Positions 60,329 to 64,000 of a DNA stretch of 64,000 nucleotides are shown here, in pieces. Source of the stretch: Clostridia bacterium (GTDB lineage Bacteria; Bacillota; Clostridia; TANB77; CAG-508); contig JAZUKI010000006.1 in NCBI GenBank assembly GCA_045643205.1, positions 1-64,000 of the forward strand, given 5' to 3'. The position numbers and the translations under genes were made by a program. The notes under the pieces are model-generated. The model did no database searches, was not told the origin of the DNA, and saw nothing but the letters and a program-made list of their open reading frames with translations. Position 1 is the first letter of the stretch, and every line of letters starts with the position of its first letter.

Positions 60329-60616
60329 TTATTCAATTACCTTAGGAATTTTGTACATATTTCTTTCTGTTTCTTCACAATTTTCCATAATTCCAGGAAT
60401 GTTATTAAATTGAACTGGTTCATCTTTTCTGAAAACATTATAATTGTCATTTGCTCCTATTGTTTCTCCCAATTCTTCAACTGGAGCTTTATTGATAATT
60501 TCTGTATATCTTAGAATATCATCAACTTTCTTTAAGTAATCATCAATTTCATCATCAGCCATTTTTAAATCTGATAATTTTGCAATATGTAATAAGTCTT
60601 CTTTACTTAATGCCAT
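60329..60616 (-). CDS. gatC: Asp/Glu-tRNA amidotransferase subunit C
   Basis: HIAKLSDL, NVFRKDE, YKIPKVIE; synteny with gatAB. Confidence 0.93.
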   Translation of the reverse strand: MALSKEDLLHIAKLSDLKMADDEIDDYLKKVDDILRYTEIINKAPVEELGETIGANDNYNVFRKDEPVQFNNIPGIMENCEETERNMYKIPKVIE

Positions 60617-60628
60617 AGTAATTACCTC

Positions 60629-62392
60629 CTAATTTTTTTCTTTTTTAACTTCGATATGAACATCGCTTAGAAGTTGCCATTTAACTGCACTTGGTGCTCC
60701 CATCATTAAGTCTTCTGCTTTACTATTTAGAGGGAACGCAATAACATCTCTAATTGTTTCTGAGTCAGTTAATAACATTATCATTCTATCAACTCCAGGT
60801 GCGATACCAGCATGTGGTGGAGCACCAAATTGGAATGCTGTATATAAAGCACCGAATTTTGTTTTAACTTCTTCCTCTGTATAACCTGCAATATCAAATG
60901 CTTTAATCATAACATCGATATCATGATTTCTAACAGCTCCTGAAGATAATTCAATACCATTACATACTAAATCATATTGATAAGCTAATATATCTAATGG
61001 ATCTTCTTTTTCTAATGCTTCAAGTCCACCTTGTGGCATTGAGAATGGATTATGTCCAAATTGAATTTTGTTATGATCATCAAGTTCAAACATAGGGAAA
61101 TCAACAATCCAGCAGAATTCAAATTTATTATTATCAATTAAATCTAATCTCTTTCCAAGTTCCTTTCTAATATCACCTGCAAGTAAATCAACAGCTCTTG
61201 GTTGTTCAGCTATAAAGAATAAGCAATCTCCTTCTTTAGAATTTGATCTCTTCATCATTTCTTCTTTAGCATCATCAGGAATGAATTTAGCAATTGGTCC
61301 TTGTAAAGATCTATCAGCTTCAATTCTTAACCATGCTAAACCTTTAGCTTTAAGTTCATCAATTGCATAGTTTGTCATACCTTCAAAGAATGATCTAGGT
61401 TTATCTGCAACATCATGTGCAGCAATAATTCTAACTTGTAATCCTTTGAATGCTCTTAAATCAACATTTTCAAAAACATCAGTAACATCTACTATTTCAA
61501 GAGGATTTCTTAAATCTGGTTTATCAGAACCATATTTAAGCATTGCATCTTGATATTTAATTCTTCTAAATGGTGGTTTAACAATTTCTTTATTTGAGAA
61601 TTGTTTAAATGTGTTATACATTACAGGTTCAAGTACTGAGAAAACATCCTCTTGATCTGCATAACTCATCTCCATATCTAATTGATAAAATTCACCTGGA
61701 GCTCTATCAGCCCTAGCATCTTCATCTCTGAAACAAGGTGCAATTTGAAAATATTTGTCTATTCCTCCAACCATTAACAATTGTTTGAATTGTTGTGGTG
61801 CTTGAGGTAATGCATAAAATTTTCCTGGATGTAATCTAGATGGAACTAAGTAATCTCTTGCACCTTCTGGTGATGATGATGTAAGAATTGGAGTTTGTAC
61901 TTCTAAAAATCCTTGATCAATCATTTGTTGTCTTAAAAATTGTAAAACCTTAGCTCTTAAGATTAAATTATTTTTTAACTTATCATTTCTTAAATCTAAG
62001 TATCTGTATTTTAATCTTAAATCTTCTCTAACATCTGTATCAGTATTTACATCAAATGGAAGCATTTGAGTTCTCTTACCTAATACTTTAATTTCTTTAA
62101 TTTTAATTTCTACTAAACCAGTTTTAATTTTATTATTAACAGTTGCTTCATCACGTTTTTGAACTGTTCCTAAAACTGAAACTGAAGATTCAACAGGAAT
62201 ATGTGAAGCGAAATCAACATCAGATGATTCGCTAGATGTAACAGCTTGTGTTACTCCATACATATCTCTAATATCTAGGAAAACTAATCCTCCTAAATCT
62301 CTAATAGTTTGAACGAATCCAGCTATTCTTACTTCTTTTCCTACATCCTCTAATCCAATTTGATTACATGTGTATGTTCTGTAGTCTTTCAT
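60629..62392 (-). CDS. aspS: aspartate--tRNA ligase (likely non-discriminating)
   Basis: RLKYRYLDLR, PEGARDY, FRDED, GAPPHAG; co-operonic with gatCAB. Confidence 0.96.
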   Translation of the reverse strand: MKDYRTYTCNQIGLEDVGKEVRIAGFVQTIRDLGGLVFLDIRDMYGVTQAVTSSESSDVDFASHIPVESSVSVLGTVQKRDEATVNNKIKTGLVEIKIKEIKVLGKRTQMLPFDVNTDTDVREDLRLKYRYLDLRNDKLKNNLILRAKVLQFLRQQMIDQGFLEVQTPILTSSSPEGARDYLVPSRLHPGKFYALPQAPQQFKQLLMVGGIDKYFQIAPCFRDEDARADRAPGEFYQLDMEMSYADQEDVFSVLEPVMYNTFKQFSNKEIVKPPFRRIKYQDAMLKYGSDKPDLRNPLEIVDVTDVFENVDLRAFKGLQVRIIAAHDVADKPRSFFEGMTNYAIDELKAKGLAWLRIEADRSLQGPIAKFIPDDAKEEMMKRSNSKEGDCLFFIAEQPRAVDLLAGDIRKELGKRLDLIDNNKFEFCWIVDFPMFELDDHNKIQFGHNPFSMPQGGLEALEKEDPLDILAYQYDLVCNGIELSSGAVRNHDIDVMIKAFDIAGYTEEEVKTKFGALYTAFQFGAPPHAGIAPGVDRMIMLLTDSETIRDVIAFPLNSKAEDLMMGAPSAVKWQLLSDVHIEVKKEKN

Positions 62393-62442
62393 TTATTTTA
62401 ATACCTCCTTATTTATGCAGTAAGCGTGTAGCTTTATGGCCA

Positions 62443-62650
62443 CAAAAAAACGCCTCTGCAAACTGCAGGGACGAATATAAACATATCCGCGGTACCACCC
62501 GGCTAGAATTTTATCAATAAAATTCCACTTAATTAAACTTGCTCCAGTGTGTTTCACTATTTAGGCATTGTTTATGGAACTTCCAGCTTATAATTCCAAT
62601 TCTCTTCTAAACTGTATCTAAATGCTTTGTACTGTACAAACGCAAACTAT
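62443..62650 (-). promoter_or_regulatory. T-box riboswitch (probable Asn specifier)
   Basis: T-box GGGTGGTACCGCG, antiterminator partner TTCGTCCC, terminator CTGCA-GTT-TGCAG/T7, Stem I with AGAGA and GCTGGA motifs; specifier loop GAAACAC. Confidence 0.9.
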
Positions 62651-62665
62651 TTTTAATATGTGCTA

Positions 62666-62694
62666 ATTATACTCTCTTGCTACGGAAATGTCAA
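62666..62694 (-). promoter_or_regulatory. sigma-A promoter of the aspS operon
   Basis: TTGACA-N17-TATAAT. Confidence 0.85.
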
Positions 62695-62796
62695 TTTGAT
62701 TTTAATATTTAATTCAAATTTTTTATAAAAATAATCCCTTTTTTTCTATTTCAAAATATCTGCTTTTTCTATTAAAAAACATTTATTTTTTGCACA

Positions 62797-62849
62797 AAAA
62801 AAGATGGCATTTAGCAAACATTTTTTAGTTTGCTTTAAGCCATCTTTTA
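62797..62849. terminator. intrinsic terminator
   Basis: aaaagatggc...agcaaac/gtttgct...gccatctttt. Confidence 0.7.
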
Positions 62850-62857
62850 TTTATATC

Positions 62858-63160
62858 TTACAAATTTTCTTTTTTATTCATACGTGATAATTGATCATCT
62901 AAATGTGCTGCTTGATTACTATTAATAGAAATATTTTTCTTAATTCCTGAAAATTCGCTCTCTTTAAGATATCTATTAATATCATATAAAGATATTCCAC
63001 TTTGAAATGATAATTCTTGAACACTACTTGGTGCTCCATTTATTTCGATAAAACTTTTTAAATATTTTTTATCACTATCATCTCTTTGTTTACAATTAGG
63101 GCATAAATTATCTTCAGTAGTAAAGAAACATCCGCATCTAATGCATTTCTTTAATTCCAT
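62858..63160 (-). CDS. Zn-ribbon/HTH small protein (YvyF-like)
   Basis: CIRC...CPNC followed by an HTH-like segment (SVQELSFQSGISLYDINRYL). Confidence 0.7.
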   Translation of the reverse strand: MELKKCIRCGCFFTTEDNLCPNCKQRDDSDKKYLKSFIEINGAPSSVQELSFQSGISLYDINRYLKESEFSGIKKNISINSNQAAHLDDQLSRMNKKENL

Positions 63161-63260
63161 ACATCCTCCTATAGCAACATTGCCATATTAATCTTCTTTC
63201 GTAGCAATTTTTATTGTAGCATATTATTTAATAATTTAAAAGGTATTTTATATATAATTT

Positions 63261-63998
63261 CTATTTTGCAATCACTGCATATCCTATCTCGTTTTTATGT
63301 AATATATTAATTGTTTTTAACAATTCTTCAACTTCTTTAGATAGTTTTTCTTTTTCATCTTTAATGCCTTTTATTTCTGCTAAAGTAACTTCTGTCATGT
63401 GTCCACCATTTACTATTTCAAAGAATGGTGCTTCCCATTTGATTTTCTTTTCCATATCTTTTTCAAAAGCTAATTCAAATGATGATGTGTATCTATCTTT
63501 ATCTGTAACATCTTTAACTTTTCCAAAAATAACTCTATCTAGTTCTATAAAAGCTGAATCTAATTCTTTATTTTCATTTCCTGATAATACAAAATTTAAG
63601 CCATATTTTTTTGAAAAATCCATTGTACATTGTTGCATTTTTTCAACAATTTTCAATCCCAATTCTTTTACCTTTTTATTATCTAATTCTTTACTCTTAG
63701 TTAATAATATTAAAGCTTCGCTAAGTCCTGTAAAAGATATTTGCATAGAACCTTGTTTTAAAATTCTTCTAACTTTATCATCTTCTTCTCTTAATCTATC
63801 AGAATCAAACCAAACAAATTGTTTCATTAAAAATGGAAAGTTATAAACTCTTTTATTACTTTGTATTTCAAGTCTTTCTAAAAGTTGATCTTTAACATCA
63901 TGCATTCTTTGTTCAAGTTCTTCTAAAAAGCCTTTTTCATCTTCTCTATGTTTGAATGCTATTCTTGGTAAATTAATTACTGTAGAAGAAATAACACC
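63261..63998 (-). CDS. NrdD-like (class III ribonucleotide reductase) C-terminal part, degenerate; 5' end outside window
   Basis: Open to the window edge: GVISSTVINLPRIA, ISFTGLSEAL, VTDKDRYTSSF, EAPF, NGGH, IGY then stop. Confidence 0.7.
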   Translation of the reverse strand, partial: GVISSTVINLPRIAFKHREDEKGFLEELEQRMHDVKDQLLERLEIQSNKRVYNFPFLMKQFVWFDSDRLREEDDKVRRILKQGSMQISFTGLSEALILLTKSKELDNKKVKELGLKIVEKMQQCTMDFSKKYGLNFVLSGNENKELDSAFIELDRVIFGKVKDVTDKDRYTSSFELAFEKDMEKKIKWEAPFFEIVNGGHMTEVTLAEIKGIKDEKEKLSKEVEELLKTINILHKNEIGYAVIAK

Positions 63999-64000
63999 TC

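Noticed and set aside
864-63846. Numerous 60-160 aa antisense or out-of-frame ORFs in the track
   Set aside because: They lie inside well-supported genes, have shadow-ORF composition (S/F/L/I-rich) and no motifs.

Overview
AT-rich Firmicute (Clostridia-like) chromosomal segment, almost all genes on the minus strand. It is mostly housekeeping: uvrC, glmS, serS, engB, gltX, rnj, addB, ogg, rnc, acpP, plsX, the rpsB-tsf-rpmG-secE-nusG-rplK-rplA-rplJ-rplL block, topA, a reduced dcw cluster (mraZ-rsmH-ftsL-murE-mraY-ftsW-murG), tRNA-Gly/tRNA-Cys, ctsR-mcsA-mcsB-clpC, hpf, rpsT and a T-box-controlled aspS-gatC-(kinase)-gatA-gatB operon. I see no mobile element, prophage or CRISPR array. The main accessory block (38.1-49.0 kb) has two paralogous large surface proteins, a membrane protein with an NNQFDGF-repeat tail and a pseudo-receiver GGDEF protein. 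One surface protein keeps the putative thioester Cys/Gln pair and the isopeptide Lys/Asp/Asn triads in all repeats; its paralog has replaced the thioester pair and every isopeptide Lys. Several uninterrupted genes look like pseudo-enzymes: McsB, a radical-SAM homolog without CxxxCxxC, and an NrdD-like C-terminus without the glycyl-radical loop. Other oddities are histone-H1-like KKTTA tails on TopA and S20, a tRNA-Gly with an A19-U56 elbow pair, and a structured, repeat-containing spacer between mraZ and rsmH. All family assignments come from motif recognition by eye, not database searches.
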